64,000 nucleotides of DNA, taken from the IMG/VR virus record IMGVR_UViG_3300026158_000083, positions 9,691 to 73,690 of that record. The stretch is one strand, 5' to 3'. The notes under the pieces are model-generated. The model had not been told where the DNA came from, made no database searches, and saw only the letters and a list, made by a program, of their open reading frames with translations. The position numbers and the translations under genes are program-made. The DNA comes from a virus. Lineage: Duplodnaviria; Caudoviricetes. Shown one piece after another: positions 19,560 through 30,797 of this stretch; position 1 is the stretch's first letter; every line of letters begins with the position of its first letter.

Positions 19560-19918
19560 CGCTAGAGCTAAAATTCGGCGAGACTACCATGCCAAATCCG
19601 CGTTACGATACGCCTTACGATATGGAGTATCTTGGTTTTGGCGTGCAGTTCAGAACGCTAGACACGACACTGAAAACGCAATTAATGGGTCACAAATATC
19701 GAACGCGCATTTACTGGAACGGACTTACCAAGGATGAGCGTGCGACTGTACTATCCGCGTTTGTTTCGCTGCTATCTACGGCTAGTGTTGTTACATTTCC
19801 AGACACGTCAACATTGACGGTGCAATCTATTATCGGTTCGTGGTCTGAACAAGTATGGTATAGTCCGTGGGCCAAGATAGGCTATTATGACGTATCATTT
19901 CAGGTAGAAGAAGTCTAA
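19556..19918 (+). CDS. Putative distal tail protein
   Basis: 120 aa directly after the tape measure gene; ends YDVSFQVEEV. Confidence 0.5.
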   Translation: MTLELKFGETTMPNPRYDTPYDMEYLGFGVQFRTLDTTLKTQLMGHKYRTRIYWNGLTKDERATVLSAFVSLLSTASVVTFPDTSTLTVQSIIGSWSEQVWYSPWAKIGYYDVSFQVEEV

Positions 19919-19919
19919 G

Positions 19920-21458
19920 ATGCAGACCGTTAGCTCAGAGTTTGCCGCCGCGGCAGCCAGCAACACGCAGCAACCGATTTCGTATCTGGAAATATCGTGG
20001 AACGAAGACGGCGATGTTACTGACGCGCGCGCGGCAGCGGATTGGACCGACGAGACGGCTTACATGATAAGCCACAACGGCGAAATCAGTATTGAGCCGC
20101 CAGGAGAAAATCTTGTTGCCGCTGGCGATGTCGGTAAGCTAACGATCAGGCTGAACAATACTACGCAGCGCTATTCATGGCAAAACGAGGCTTCACCGCT
20201 GAACTTCTATATCGATACGGCAACTGGTCTAACTGGTAAACCGATAAGACTATGGCAGGGCTTTCGTCTTGCTACCGATGAATATGTTTGTATTTTTACA
20301 GGTATTATCAATCAATGGACTGAAGATACGCGCGCTGGCGAAGTAGAAATATCTTGTCGCGATTGGGGCTTTCGCTTTTTACAAGACAAGCGTTCAACGG
20401 CCTTGGCAACAGACAAACTGCCGAATGAGTGGACAGCAGAAATGTGCGCGCTAGCCGGTATTACATCGGTGACATCGGATGTCGGCATCTTTAGAATACC
20501 GTATTGCTGGATGGATGACGAAAGCGTCGTCGAAGAAATATGGCAGGTGTGGGAAGCTGATGGCGGCTTAGCTTATTTCGATCAATGTGGCAAACTACAC
20601 GGCGAAAGTGCGTTACACTGGTTTACTTCGGCTAACGATGTTATTCGCTGGAACTTCAACGAAGGCACGTATGTAAATTCTGATCCAGAATTCAATGCCG
20701 ATGCGATTGCTACCAAAGTTATTGTGGAATGGTCTGGTCGTAGGCCAGGTCCAGCGACTATGGTCTATCAGCTAGAGCGTGCACGCGAGATCATGCCCGG
20801 CGAAACTATTAGCTGGACTGCGCGCTATCAGAACGCGGTCTATCGCCTCTTTACACCGACACCTGGCGATCCGTATAACGATTATTGGGCTGAAGGTTAC
20901 GGCGGTAGAAATCTTACCGATCAAATCTCGGTTACGCTGAGCGATGAATATGCGCAGCAGTGCAAAATAACCATTAAGAATAATTCCACATCGGCTATGG
21001 TTGTTGTTACGTTTTTGCAGATACGCGGCTTTCCGCTGCTAGGTGGTCCGACAGAACAAGAAATAGCCTTGCCGCCAGCTAAGCCATTTTCTTTTGAAAG
21101 AACGCGTTCATTTCGTGGCAATCCATATCTGCAAACTGAAAATCAGGGCGCGGCGCTTGCCAGTCTAAAGGCTATTCAATGCGCTAGAATTCATCCGACT
21201 TGGCGCATCAACGACGTATTAGGCATACCGCACTTGGAGCTTGGCGATAAGGTGCGTTTTATCGATATGCGCGCGCAAGGTACAGGCAACACGATTGACG
21301 CCATTGTTATTAGTATCTCTTGGGAGTGCAGCACAGAACGCGGTTTCGTGCAGCGCTTGAAGGTTTTCGACATTACAAGCATGATGGCTTACGACTACGA
21401 TGATTACTTTATCATCGGCGAAGATATCTTGGGCGAATATAAGAGGGCGTACTACTAA
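19920..21458 (+). CDS. Putative baseplate hub / tail tip protein
   Basis: Synteny; AYFDQCGKLH-type segment and C-terminal HLELGDKV. Confidence 0.55.
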   Translation: MQTVSSEFAAAAASNTQQPISYLEISWNEDGDVTDARAAADWTDETAYMISHNGEISIEPPGENLVAAGDVGKLTIRLNNTTQRYSWQNEASPLNFYIDTATGLTGKPIRLWQGFRLATDEYVCIFTGIINQWTEDTRAGEVEISCRDWGFRFLQDKRSTALATDKLPNEWTAEMCALAGITSVTSDVGIFRIPYCWMDDESVVEEIWQVWEADGGLAYFDQCGKLHGESALHWFTSANDVIRWNFNEGTYVNSDPEFNADAIATKVIVEWSGRRPGPATMVYQLERAREIMPGETISWTARYQNAVYRLFTPTPGDPYNDYWAEGYGGRNLTDQISVTLSDEYAQQCKITIKNNSTSAMVVVTFLQIRGFPLLGGPTEQEIALPPAKPFSFERTRSFRGNPYLQTENQGAALASLKAIQCARIHPTWRINDVLGIPHLELGDKVRFIDMRAQGTGNTIDAIVISISWECSTERGFVQRLKVFDITSMMAYDYDDYFIIGEDILGEYKRAYY

Positions 21459-22855
21459 TGGGTTATCACGGCGTAGCGCCAACATTTACTCAGGGTCAGA
21501 TCATGTCATCTGGTGCGCATACCAACGCATTGCAGAGATATATTCAGGCGCTGCACGACAGTTACTGCGGCCCTAGAGTACCATTTCACGGCTTTTATCG
21601 TTATTGCAGCATTGGTTGGGAACGTGGCTGTGATTATGTTGGAATGATAAGGCATAAGACCAATCGTCTGTCCTACATCTATGAGATACGCGACACTGGC
21701 ACGGCGGAAATTCAAATCGACTCGAAAACAGTTCCAGGCTCATCGCACACTGGCGCAGGCTCGTATCAAGCTGCGAATGTAGACATCAGTAGTCTTGGCT
21801 TAACGGTTAACGATTTCTATTACGTGCAAGTTGTTGGTGACGCAGATTTCACGCTATTAGATATTCACGAAGTTTATAATCCTAGCTATCCGCTTTTGTC
21901 TGATTTTTCAGACGATGTGCAGCCAACGGAGGCGCAGTTTCAGGCATTGAGCACTTATGCGGACATGCTAGACGTTGTTCTAAGCGCGCCGCGCAACTGC
22001 GGCAACGACTGGAAACACGTAATTGCGTCGCTTTTACAAGGCAACGTTGAGCACAGTTGCCGCTATCTGTCGTACAGTATTCGCGTAGATGTGCCGCAAG
22101 CCGAACCTGGCAGTGGTAAACGCGCAACGTGGGTCGAACTTTTTATCAACGGCACTAAGGCTTTGCATTTGCGTGCTGGTAAAAACAACGGTCCGACAGG
22201 CGATTATGATACGTATTACCATTGGGCTGTGCCAGATTATGATTATATATTTGAAGGCACGCTTGATCTGGAAAAGTATCCTATTGGCTCAGTAGTTGAC
22301 TATGGGGAAATATATATAATATCAATTACGTGGGGCGAGGAGGGCCATCCGGATGATTCTGGTGAAACAGAACTAAACTATGTCTATGAAATACCAGAGC
22401 CAGACGCCAAGATAGATGGTTTTGTGTCTATGACTTCGTGGGCACACGGCGCGTTAGTTCGCGGCAACATCAATGCATATAACGATCCGTGTTTTACGGC
22501 CATAAAAAACAATTTGGAATTGCTTGGTAGTCACGCCACCTATCTAAACTATCCCACGCGTGTAAAAGTTCTCAACGATGGTTTATACAACGTCAGACGT
22601 TATCGCTGGTTGCACGTATTGGCGACGTGGGACCCCACACCGGATGCAGAACATCCTAACGGCAAGTCGTTGGGTGGCGAAATTGTCTACACGTATCGAG
22701 GCGAGCTAAAGCAAGTAAATCTGCCATCGCCACCGGATCAAGCGACTTATGGCACATGGATCGCTTGCGATCTTGATTCGTTTGAAGGTCTTTACGTTGG
22801 TGTATACTATTATCTGCACGATGTCGATTACGCCATTGAGGACAAGGACCCCTAA
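21458..22855 (+). CDS. Minor tail / baseplate protein
   Basis: 465 aa, beta-rich, located among tail genes. Confidence 0.45.
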   Translation: MGYHGVAPTFTQGQIMSSGAHTNALQRYIQALHDSYCGPRVPFHGFYRYCSIGWERGCDYVGMIRHKTNRLSYIYEIRDTGTAEIQIDSKTVPGSSHTGAGSYQAANVDISSLGLTVNDFYYVQVVGDADFTLLDIHEVYNPSYPLLSDFSDDVQPTEAQFQALSTYADMLDVVLSAPRNCGNDWKHVIASLLQGNVEHSCRYLSYSIRVDVPQAEPGSGKRATWVELFINGTKALHLRAGKNNGPTGDYDTYYHWAVPDYDYIFEGTLDLEKYPIGSVVDYGEIYIISITWGEEGHPDDSGETELNYVYEIPEPDAKIDGFVSMTSWAHGALVRGNINAYNDPCFTAIKNNLELLGSHATYLNYPTRVKVLNDGLYNVRRYRWLHVLATWDPTPDAEHPNGKSLGGEIVYTYRGELKQVNLPSPPDQATYGTWIACDLDSFEGLYVGVYYYLHDVDYAIEDKDP

Positions 22856-25179
22856 TGCCTAAGACCGATCTTGTCAGACGAATTGATCAGCGCAGTCTCA
22901 TAGATGGCGCTGGTTTTGGCGCGGCAAGAGCTTATTTGTCTGGCGCTATCGAACAGCCGTCCGGTTCATTGGCGGGCTGGACGATAGAACTAGGTCATCT
23001 GTATTCTGGCACGGGGCCGACGCGCACCGGACTCATGCCGGGTTCCTGGCCGTTCTACGCTGGCGCGGATATGCCAAACGACGCGCCATTCAGAGTTTCT
23101 GTTACGGGCGCGCTTTTCGCGAGCAACGCAACTATAGCTGGCGAGATTACAGCTTTGTCTGGTATCATCGGTGGTTGGACGATAGCTACTGACCGCTTAT
23201 ACGCTGGCTTGGGCTCTAACCGCGTAGGATTAGCTCCAGGCAGTTTCCCATTCTATGCAGGCGCAGAAGACCCTGCTATCGCGCCGTTCAGAGTAGATAC
23301 ACTAGGCAAGCTAACAGCAGCGGACGCGACGATTACTGGCACTGTCCTGGCTGCTGGTGGCACAATCATCTTGGGCGATAACGGCTTCTGGCTTGGCGAT
23401 CCTGACTACGGCACTGGCTTGACGCTAAACGAAGTAAAAGATGTATATGGCGTAGGTACCGGCGACTTCGGTTTGCGCATCTACGATAGCGTGGGCGTGC
23501 CGCACATATCGCTAATAAGCCGCGAGGGCAACGTGCCATATTTCAGATTAGGCACGCAGAACGCAGAAACGTGGCTGCAATGGGACGAAAACGGACTGGA
23601 GCTGAAGGGCACGATCACGGCGACGGATGGCCAGATCACGGGCGCGCTGTACGTCGGTGCTGCGGCACCGCGCATCCTGATCGACGGTACGAACAAACTG
23701 ATCGAGAGCACGAACTACGTGGCAGGATTCGCCGGTTTCCGCATGAGTGGAGTGACCGGGTCCGCCGAATTCGAGGACATTACTGCAAGGGGCGCCATCA
23801 AGACGGCGGTTTTTCAGAAGAGCCTTGTCACGGCATTCGCCGGTTCGCAGGTGGTCTCAAAGTCGGCGTCCACGGTCGCAGTCGCGGTCACGCTGTCCGG
23901 CACAACCTTCCCGTTGATCGTCAAAGCGCAGGATGGTGCACCGTTCGCGGACGGCGATCTGATCTACATCAAAACCGAGACGCTGGCAACGTATGCCATC
24001 GTCAACGCCGGAACTGCCAGTGGCGACAACTGGGCCTACACCGCCACCTATCACAGCGGCTCGGATACCGGGACTATTCCTGCCGGATCGACGGTTGTTG
24101 ATTACGGGCCGGGTGGCGCGGGACGGATTTACCAAACGGCAGACGCGGAAAATGCACCTTATCTGTCGATTGCAACGCACGACATGGCCGCACCACCCGT
24201 GTGGACGGAGCGCGTCAGACTCGGCAATCTGTCAGGCATCAGTGGGGCGAGTGGCTACGGACTGTGGACTGACAACGGCTGGTTTACGGGGACGGTGACA
24301 GCTTCGGTGATTCGCTCGGCGGCCACCGGGGCGCGCATCGAGATGAACACCGAGCGCATCTTCGGCATCGATGACGGCGGCAACGTGCAGTGGTATGCCG
24401 AGACTGCCGATGGGAAATTGTATGCGGGCCAGGGATCGGTGGTACTGGATTATGGCGGTCTGCACATCAATTCTTCGAGCCTAAACGGCAACCAGCTGCA
24501 GTTCACCTCCGGCGGCTACGAGACCGGGAAGATCACGGGCTGGCTCGGCCAACGCTACACCGGCGATCCAGGCGTGGGCACGCAGCTGCGCATCGTAACA
24601 GGATTGGCGGGGGCGGCCGAGACCTCAAATATCAGTCTGCTTGCCAATGGTGACGCATCTGGTGACCTGGCCTCATTGACCATCACTTCCGGCGGTCTAG
24701 GCGATGAATCCACGATCATCCTGGGTGCAAATCATGCCCACATTACAGGTGATTTGGAGATCGGGGGCAGCCTCAAGGTTTACAACAATAGTGCGACTTA
24801 TACCGGATACGTCTTTGTGCCACTGACCACGGCGCGTACCAACACATCCTATGATGGCGATGCGGTCAACACTGGCGTCTACCCCATTAACTTGCAGGAT
24901 GCGGCAGGCTACAACTTGCCGGCTGGAATCAAGGCCATTGCGGCGCGTATCTCGGCAGTGTGGTCCGATATCGGTACTGCCCCGGCTGGCAACTATGCTT
25001 ACCTGCGAGCGCGTGGTAGTACTGGCGCAGCGATTATCTGCCGCGCCCAGGCTGCTGGATATTACAACGATGCGTCTGGTGTCGTGGCGTGTGATACCAC
25101 ATATGGCGATGTCGATCTGGTTGTCGGGGGTGCAAACGCATCCGGGATTGTCATCGAAATCTATGGTTACTGGATTTGA
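22855..25179 (+). CDS. Tail fibre / receptor-binding protein
   Basis: Repeated GWTI...LY.G.G...GL.PGS.PFYAGA..APFRV units, Gly-rich shaft, C-terminal tip domain starting near GYVFVPLTT. Confidence 0.6.
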   Translation: MPKTDLVRRIDQRSLIDGAGFGAARAYLSGAIEQPSGSLAGWTIELGHLYSGTGPTRTGLMPGSWPFYAGADMPNDAPFRVSVTGALFASNATIAGEITALSGIIGGWTIATDRLYAGLGSNRVGLAPGSFPFYAGAEDPAIAPFRVDTLGKLTAADATITGTVLAAGGTIILGDNGFWLGDPDYGTGLTLNEVKDVYGVGTGDFGLRIYDSVGVPHISLISREGNVPYFRLGTQNAETWLQWDENGLELKGTITATDGQITGALYVGAAAPRILIDGTNKLIESTNYVAGFAGFRMSGVTGSAEFEDITARGAIKTAVFQKSLVTAFAGSQVVSKSASTVAVAVTLSGTTFPLIVKAQDGAPFADGDLIYIKTETLATYAIVNAGTASGDNWAYTATYHSGSDTGTIPAGSTVVDYGPGGAGRIYQTADAENAPYLSIATHDMAAPPVWTERVRLGNLSGISGASGYGLWTDNGWFTGTVTASVIRSAATGARIEMNTERIFGIDDGGNVQWYAETADGKLYAGQGSVVLDYGGLHINSSSLNGNQLQFTSGGYETGKITGWLGQRYTGDPGVGTQLRIVTGLAGAAETSNISLLANGDASGDLASLTITSGGLGDESTIILGANHAHITGDLEIGGSLKVYNNSATYTGYVFVPLTTARTNTSYDGDAVNTGVYPINLQDAAGYNLPAGIKAIAARISAVWSDIGTAPAGNYAYLRARGSTGAAIICRAQAAGYYNDASGVVACDTTYGDVDLVVGGANASGIVIEIYGYWI

Positions 25180-25187
25180 GGCGAGCC

Positions 25188-27149
25188 ATGAAAAAAAGAA
25201 TCGCACTGCTCCTGCTCTTGACGCTGATCTGCGCAGCCTGCTATCCACCAGCGCCAGAGCTGCCGCGCAATTTCGCGGGCGACGCGCTGCTGGAGGCGGC
25301 CACTAACTGGTACGTGGATAACGCGGCCAGCGGTACGAACGCAGGCACCTCGTGGACCAATGCCTGGACATCATTCGCCACTGTCAATTGGACTTCGATT
25401 GCAGCCGGCGATACGCTCTACATCTCTGGCGGATCAACCTCTAAAACGTATACCGTCAACACCACATTGGCAATCCCCGGTGGCGAAAGCAGCGTGACGA
25501 TCACTAAAGGCGTTGACGCAGGCCACAATGGCGAGGTGATTCTGGTCCAGGGAACGGCGACTACCGCCATATCGTTGAGCGCCCGCACCTCCGCAATAAC
25601 CGATATAACGATCTCTAATCTGACCTTCCGAAACTTCTCACGCGCCATTTATGGCGACGGTGCGGGAACAGGTGGGATGCACAGCTTACTGATCGACAAC
25701 TGCCGCTTCGAAAACTTTGGCCGAGCCGGGGTATTTCTCGAAGGCAACAACTACGCTTCGTACAACGAAGACATTGTTGTGCGAAATTCGTACTTTGATG
25801 ACAACGATTCCCTCTGCACCCAGAGCGACGGCATCTACATTCAGGTTCTGGACGATTTCACGGCCGATGGCAATTACATCCTGCTGGACAACAACTGCAC
25901 GTCCTCTAGTGACCTGCACTCAGACAACATACAGGCGTTTTGGGTCAATCATGTCGTCTACGCCAACAACGTGGTGATTCAGCGCAGCGATAAAACCTAC
26001 GGCACGCAAGTGTTGTTTGCAGAGAACGCGGTTGACGGTACTGTGGTGATGTATAACAACATCATCATACGTGACACCCCCAACGCCCTGGATTCAGGCA
26101 TCCGTCTCAAAACCGGTACAGGGTCCACTTATACCGGGACGGTTGTCAGCAACTCATACTACGGTTATGCCAGGTCGATCAACGCATCCGTGGCGACGAC
26201 CATCAAGAACAATATTCTTTATGGTCGTGGCACCACGGCCACCAGTTTCTATCTGGCGGGCAGCGGCAGCACGGTCAGCGATAACATCTTCTACGATCCT
26301 GACGGGGTCTTTTATTCGGCATCCGGCGGTATCGATGTCAATCCGCTGTTTGTAGATGATGATCCAGACACCTTTGATTTTCACCTGCAGGCGAGCTCAC
26401 CGGCCATCAATGCCGGGGCTGATTTGGGGTCCAGTTATGCCACCGATATTGAAGGCGCAGCCAGACCGGTTGGCGCGGGATGGGACATTGGCGCCTATGA
26501 GTATGGGTCCGATTCGGCCACCAGCACACCGGTGCCATCTAACACGCCAACCCAAACACCGACCGGAACTATCATCCCGCCAACCAGCACATCAACGAGT
26601 ATAGCAACCAACACGCCCACACCGACGCGCACCGCGACACCACTGCCGACGGCCACCGGCACGCGGACGCCGACCTATACACCCAGGCCGACGAACACGG
26701 CGACGACCGGACCAACAGCTACCCGCACCCCTACGCATACACCGGTGCCGACGCCGGCCGCGGGGCTGTTCTTCAACGAAATCTCTCCGACCAACCTGTA
26801 CGACTGGAATCTGGATGGCTCAGTAACAGCAGCAGACAGGTGGGTTGAGCTGTACAACGCCGGAGCCGCCGCGGTCAACCTTGGCGGCTATACCATCAGC
26901 GATGGCACGTTCACGGGCACGGTGCGTGTCTGGGGCATGACAATCGGCGCAAGCGGCGGCAAGCGGGTCATCCTGGGCGAAGACTTTACGACTTTTCCGG
27001 CCTCGGGAACGCTTACTTTGCGGAATGCACTGGCGACACCGGTCGCCACGGTTGTGTACAACGCCCAATCACCGGGCCTCTGTTACGCCAGGGTGCCAAG
27101 CGGGTCAACTAACTGGAAAGATAACCAGATTTGCACGCCAGGTCAATGA
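25188..27149 (+). CDS. Exported or lipoprotein surface protein: beta-helix + choice-of-anchor-Q-like segment + Thr/Pro linker + lamin-tail-like domain
   Basis: [18 protein letters not shown] signal; [20 protein letters not shown]; [14 protein letters not shown]...WDIGAYEY; TP repeats; FNEISP...WVELYN...NLGGYTISD. Confidence 0.75.
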   Translation: MKKRIALLLLLTLICAACYPPAPELPRNFAGDALLEAATNWYVDNAASGTNAGTSWTNAWTSFATVNWTSIAAGDTLYISGGSTSKTYTVNTTLAIPGGESSVTITKGVDAGHNGEVILVQGTATTAISLSARTSAITDITISNLTFRNFSRAIYGDGAGTGGMHSLLIDNCRFENFGRAGVFLEGNNYASYNEDIVVRNSYFDDNDSLCTQSDGIYIQVLDDFTADGNYILLDNNCTSSSDLHSDNIQAFWVNHVVYANNVVIQRSDKTYGTQVLFAENAVDGTVVMYNNIIIRDTPNALDSGIRLKTGTGSTYTGTVVSNSYYGYARSINASVATTIKNNILYGRGTTATSFYLAGSGSTVSDNIFYDPDGVFYSASGGIDVNPLFVDDDPDTFDFHLQASSPAINAGADLGSSYATDIEGAARPVGAGWDIGAYEYGSDSATSTPVPSNTPTQTPTGTIIPPTSTSTSIATNTPTPTRTATPLPTATGTRTPTYTPRPTNTATTGPTATRTPTHTPVPTPAAGLFFNEISPTNLYDWNLDGSVTAADRWVELYNAGAAAVNLGGYTISDGTFTGTVRVWGMTIGASGGKRVILGEDFTTFPASGTLTLRNALATPVATVVYNAQSPGLCYARVPSGSTNWKDNQICTPGQ

Positions 27150-27160
27150 GAGGAGATCGC

Positions 27161-27331
27161 ATGGAACGTCACGAAATCGAACAACGTCTGGAAGAACTGC
27201 GCAAGGAGCAGCGCCGCTTAGAAGCAGAGTTCAATTATCTAAATGGTAAGATCACTGGTAAGATGGATATGCTCAGCGAATTGCTGATCGCGACGCCGGA
27301 ACTACCGGCCACGGATGTACTCGCATCATAG
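27161..27331 (+). CDS. Small coiled-coil protein
   Basis: AGGAG SD, heptad pattern (EIEQRLEELRKEQRRLEAE). Confidence 0.6.
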   Translation: MERHEIEQRLEELRKEQRRLEAEFNYLNGKITGKMDMLSELLIATPELPATDVLAS

Positions 27332-27340
27332 AGGTACGTC

Positions 27341-28948
27341 ATGAGCGCGATTATTGGGCCGCATATAGCTGGCAGTATTTCAGAGCATCTGAATCTACTC
27401 GCGCGTTGGCAACCTAGATTATCGTGGTGGCTTGACCCGGATAAAGATGGCGCGATTGAATATCATAAGCGCTGTCGCGGTAAACTAGGTGGCCGTATTT
27501 ACGTGCCGGATGATGAGATGACCTGGCGTATTGAAAGCGATCCTCTTGCAGCGGCCAATTTTGCGCACACTAAAATCATCACACATCCGGCGTGCTATCA
27601 GATCGACTACTGGCAAATAGAGAACGAAGTCTGTCAATTCTGGCATCAACTTGGCCGACTCAACGATTACGTATGTGAACGTATGCGACTGGCTAATCAA
27701 GCCGGTTATCACTGTGGTATCATAGCTACATCGGTTGGCAATCTGCATATGCCAGAAGACGACCGCATGGCTTATTATCGTCAGCTATATTCGGCTTTCG
27801 ATATGGCTATCGCGGGTCAGCATGTAGTAGTCAAGCATCTGTATGGTGCGCCTGATTTATACGGACCGTGGGAGCGCGGTGGCGCACCGTGGTTTATCAA
27901 TCGACTGGAAGAACAGTTGCTGCCGCGCTTGCCTGAAAAATATCGCAACTTGCAGTTTGCCATTGCTGAATACGGCATTGACTACTTGTTGATTCAAAGC
28001 ACACCGCAGGGCTGGCGCGGCAAGATGTCCGCCGACGACTATGCGCTTAGTCTGATTCAGATGGGTCAATGGCTAGAGCAGTTTAGTAAACAAGTTGTTG
28101 GTTACTGTGTTTATGAGTTGGGTTGCGTAGATGAGGCTAATTGGGGGACTTACAATATTGCGGGGTCAGTTGCGGAGCGCTTAGCAGATTACTATAGCAG
28201 CAGCAATCAGACGCCGCCGCTGCCACCAGTACCAGCACCGGAGGAAAATATGACTCGCATTATCGATACTAACGGCGCAGAACACGATGAAGCATGGTTG
28301 ACCTCTAAATATGGTGCAATCATCACGCGCGTCAGTTCAAGCGGCAAGCGTTTTACGCTTAGCGAAGTGCAAGTAACAGAAGGTCCGGCCACGCTGATCG
28401 CCATTGTCAAGGATAGTTCTGGCGTACCTCTCAACTCACACGCGGTTGCGCTGTATTGGCCGGACGCGCCTACCGATCTTACGACTCCTGAGACCGCAGT
28501 TTTCAAGACGCGTTTCAAGCCGCGCGCGAATGTACAGTGGACGGATACTAATGGCATGACGGGCTATGGCTTAGGCATGGGTTCGTACATCTATGAAGTT
28601 GCAACGGGTGGACCCCATGCTGTATGGTTGCTACACAATCTCTACGAATCAGACGCCATAGACCGTGTTGGCATGCTGGCAGGCACAAATCACGTCGGGC
28701 CGTTGCGTCTCACGTTTACGCTAACTGAAAAGACACAGGAAATCGGTCAATTGCCAGAAAGTGAGCCAATAGCGCCTGTTGCAATACTGGCCGACAAGGT
28801 GCGCTGGTGGATGGAAGAATCTGTGCGTCAAGACGAAATCGGCAATAACGCGTATGCCAAAGCCATTCGTTACAGCCTCATCAAACGCGATGGCGGTCTG
28901 CTATACAGACTTGAAGCGGCTTTGAAAGGCGGCATGGGGAGTAACTAA
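27341..28948 (+). CDS. Clan GH-A-like TIM-barrel glycoside hydrolase plus a C-terminal beta domain; candidate endolysin
   Basis: WQIENE (acid/base), KHLYG, AIAEYG (nucleophile); Pro-rich linker; sits immediately before a holin-like gene. Confidence 0.55.
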   Translation: MSAIIGPHIAGSISEHLNLLARWQPRLSWWLDPDKDGAIEYHKRCRGKLGGRIYVPDDEMTWRIESDPLAAANFAHTKIITHPACYQIDYWQIENEVCQFWHQLGRLNDYVCERMRLANQAGYHCGIIATSVGNLHMPEDDRMAYYRQLYSAFDMAIAGQHVVVKHLYGAPDLYGPWERGGAPWFINRLEEQLLPRLPEKYRNLQFAIAEYGIDYLLIQSTPQGWRGKMSADDYALSLIQMGQWLEQFSKQVVGYCVYELGCVDEANWGTYNIAGSVAERLADYYSSSNQTPPLPPVPAPEENMTRIIDTNGAEHDEAWLTSKYGAIITRVSSSGKRFTLSEVQVTEGPATLIAIVKDSSGVPLNSHAVALYWPDAPTDLTTPETAVFKTRFKPRANVQWTDTNGMTGYGLGMGSYIYEVATGGPHAVWLLHNLYESDAIDRVGMLAGTNHVGPLRLTFTLTEKTQEIGQLPESEPIAPVAILADKVRWWMEESVRQDEIGNNAYAKAIRYSLIKRDGGLLYRLEAALKGGMGSN

Positions 28949-29329
28949 GTGTTTTGCAGATTGCGGCTGAGCGACGGAATACGTGATCTTGTTGAGCAGT
29001 TGATACGACCAAATTTAGACGTTGATGGTCGCAAACTAACTGCCATCTACTTGATTTTGAATGGTATTTCGCGTATTACTTTGACGCCGATTGTTGCCCT
29101 TGATTTCGTAAATGATCGTTATTACGGCATAGCTGCCGTTATTTTAGGCGTGCTGATTGTTATTACGTCTTTCAAGGGCTACAATCGCACAGCGCTAGGC
29201 CGTATTACGGCCTTACTTGGTGCCAGTCTACTTATAGCATGGGGTTTTGATTTGACGTATCGCGCCAATGCATTTTGGTCGATGCAAATATTGGGTTTTG
29301 TTCTTTTCAGGGAAGCGATTCGCAGATAA
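28949..29329 (+). CDS. Small multi-pass membrane protein, holin-like
   Basis: 126 aa, about four hydrophobic segments, basic C-terminus (EAIRR). Confidence 0.5.
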   Translation: MFCRLRLSDGIRDLVEQLIRPNLDVDGRKLTAIYLILNGISRITLTPIVALDFVNDRYYGIAAVILGVLIVITSFKGYNRTALGRITALLGASLLIAWGFDLTYRANAFWSMQILGFVLFREAIRR

Positions 29330-29331
29330 CT

Positions 29332-30186
29332 ATGGAACAAAACTTATCACTTAATTCGTCGATTGAGATAGGCTTGCTGGTTTGTTTTATCGGCATTGTT
29401 TGGTTGCTGATACTATACGCTTCAGATAGACGACGTGCCGCAAATAGATTCTTTCAGTCTGCGGAGCGCGATATGTCAGCAGCTAAAATCACAGAACTTT
29501 CCAACACAGTAGCTACGCTGCTTGTTGAGCTAACCAGCGCGCGCCAGGAAATTGAAAATCTGAAGCTCCAGTTATCCAGGGCCAACGCGCGCATTACTGA
29601 ACTGGAAATCATGTATGAGTTTCCAGCAACGCAGGGCGGTCACGGTTCGTTGCATCGTCGTTTGTTGCGCCCGCTATTAGTTATTGGCGGAGATGACGCT
29701 AAGATTGCCGGTATGGATCAAGCTGTTTTAGACGGTATTGGCATACGTTACGTGCGGCTCGCCAACGCAACTAAAGACGTTGTCGTCAATGAACTAACAG
29801 CAGTAAGGCGCGAAAACAGGCTATATGATTGGGTGCTGATTTCGGCGCACGCCAATCAGGACGGCGTGCGCCTCTTTAGCGCTAATCAGCCCAACAAAAG
29901 CGAAATCGTTTCACCTGAATTCTGGTCGCGCGCCTTGACTGGCGTAAGCATGGTCGGTCTCGCAGCTTGTAGCGGCTCACAGTTAGCCGAAAAGATTAGT
30001 TGTGCGGTTGAATTCGTCTGGTATTTCAAAGAAGATGTGCCATCTGAACCGGCCAGTCGCTTTGTACAGAAGTTTTTTCAGCGTCTAAATGCTGGTGACA
30101 ACTATAAGACGGCGTTTGTCGCGTGCCTCGACGCCGTACCAGAAGTAGCGTCGTACGCCGATTATCGCTGCAAGTACGGCTGCTAG
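29332..30186 (+). CDS. Membrane-anchored coiled-coil + CHAT (caspase-like) domain protein
   Basis: N-terminal TM (IGLLVCFIGIVWLLILYA), coiled coil, then ATKD...WVLISAH...VGLAAC...ASRFVQKFFQRLNAG. His/Cys dyad is in CHAT spacing. Confidence 0.7.
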   Translation: MEQNLSLNSSIEIGLLVCFIGIVWLLILYASDRRRAANRFFQSAERDMSAAKITELSNTVATLLVELTSARQEIENLKLQLSRANARITELEIMYEFPATQGGHGSLHRRLLRPLLVIGGDDAKIAGMDQAVLDGIGIRYVRLANATKDVVVNELTAVRRENRLYDWVLISAHANQDGVRLFSANQPNKSEIVSPEFWSRALTGVSMVGLAACSGSQLAEKISCAVEFVWYFKEDVPSEPASRFVQKFFQRLNAGDNYKTAFVACLDAVPEVASYADYRCKYGC

Positions 30187-30797
30187 GGCGCTGGCGTTAC
30201 CGAGCGCCAGATGGAGTGCTGCGTAACCTCTATGCAGTTCATCACGCGCTGTGGTCCGGCAGACACGTTGAACGTTTCAATGCGATGCTGTGTCAGAAAT
30301 GTTTCCCACGTCACGATGCCGATAAGATGAACGATTTTGCTTTCTTCGTTTAGGTACATCAGCGCCAGCTTTAGCGGTTCGCACTTGATGCTTTGGGGAA
30401 CTTTTAGCACAGGCGGCCAGTAAACGGTCGTCTTGATATCTGTGCCATCGGCAGCATCGTAACCAGCATCGCCGTAGGTATGCATCGCGCCATCAACCGT
30501 TTTGCCGGTCAGCAGCGCAAAACCTATTTCACCAGCCACGCCCGGTAAATGCGTTGACTTGCCATTGCGCCAATCGTGCGTCGAATCGCGCGACCGCTTA
30601 TCATTCTCGCGGGTTTCGGCAATCAATTCAATGAATGACCAGATCGGCGCGAGATACAGCGCCCAATAATCGCGCGGCGCAGGGTCTGGCATAGTAAGAT
30701 CGCTAGGTAATCTCACGATCTTACTATAACCAGCCGCCGCGTCGGCAATACTATCAGGTTGGATTGGGAGTGTCATCGTATTCAGGCACACCATCAT
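30183..30797 (-). CDS. Hypothetical protein, possible PD-(D/E)XK nuclease
   Basis: GVAGEIGF...DAGYD...DIKT pattern. Confidence 0.45.
   Translation of the reverse strand: MMVCLNTMTLPIQPDSIADAAAGYSKIVRLPSDLTMPDPAPRDYWALYLAPIWSFIELIAETRENDKRSRDSTHDWRNGKSTHLPGVAGEIGFALLTGKTVDGAMHTYGDAGYDAADGTDIKTTVYWPPVLKVPQSIKCEPLKLALMYLNEESKIVHLIGIVTWETFLTQHRIETFNVSAGPQRVMNCIEVTQHSIWRSVTPAP

Noticed and set aside
22855-27149. Diversity-generating retroelement target
   Set aside because: No reverse transcriptase and no template/variable repeat pair differing at adenines was seen.
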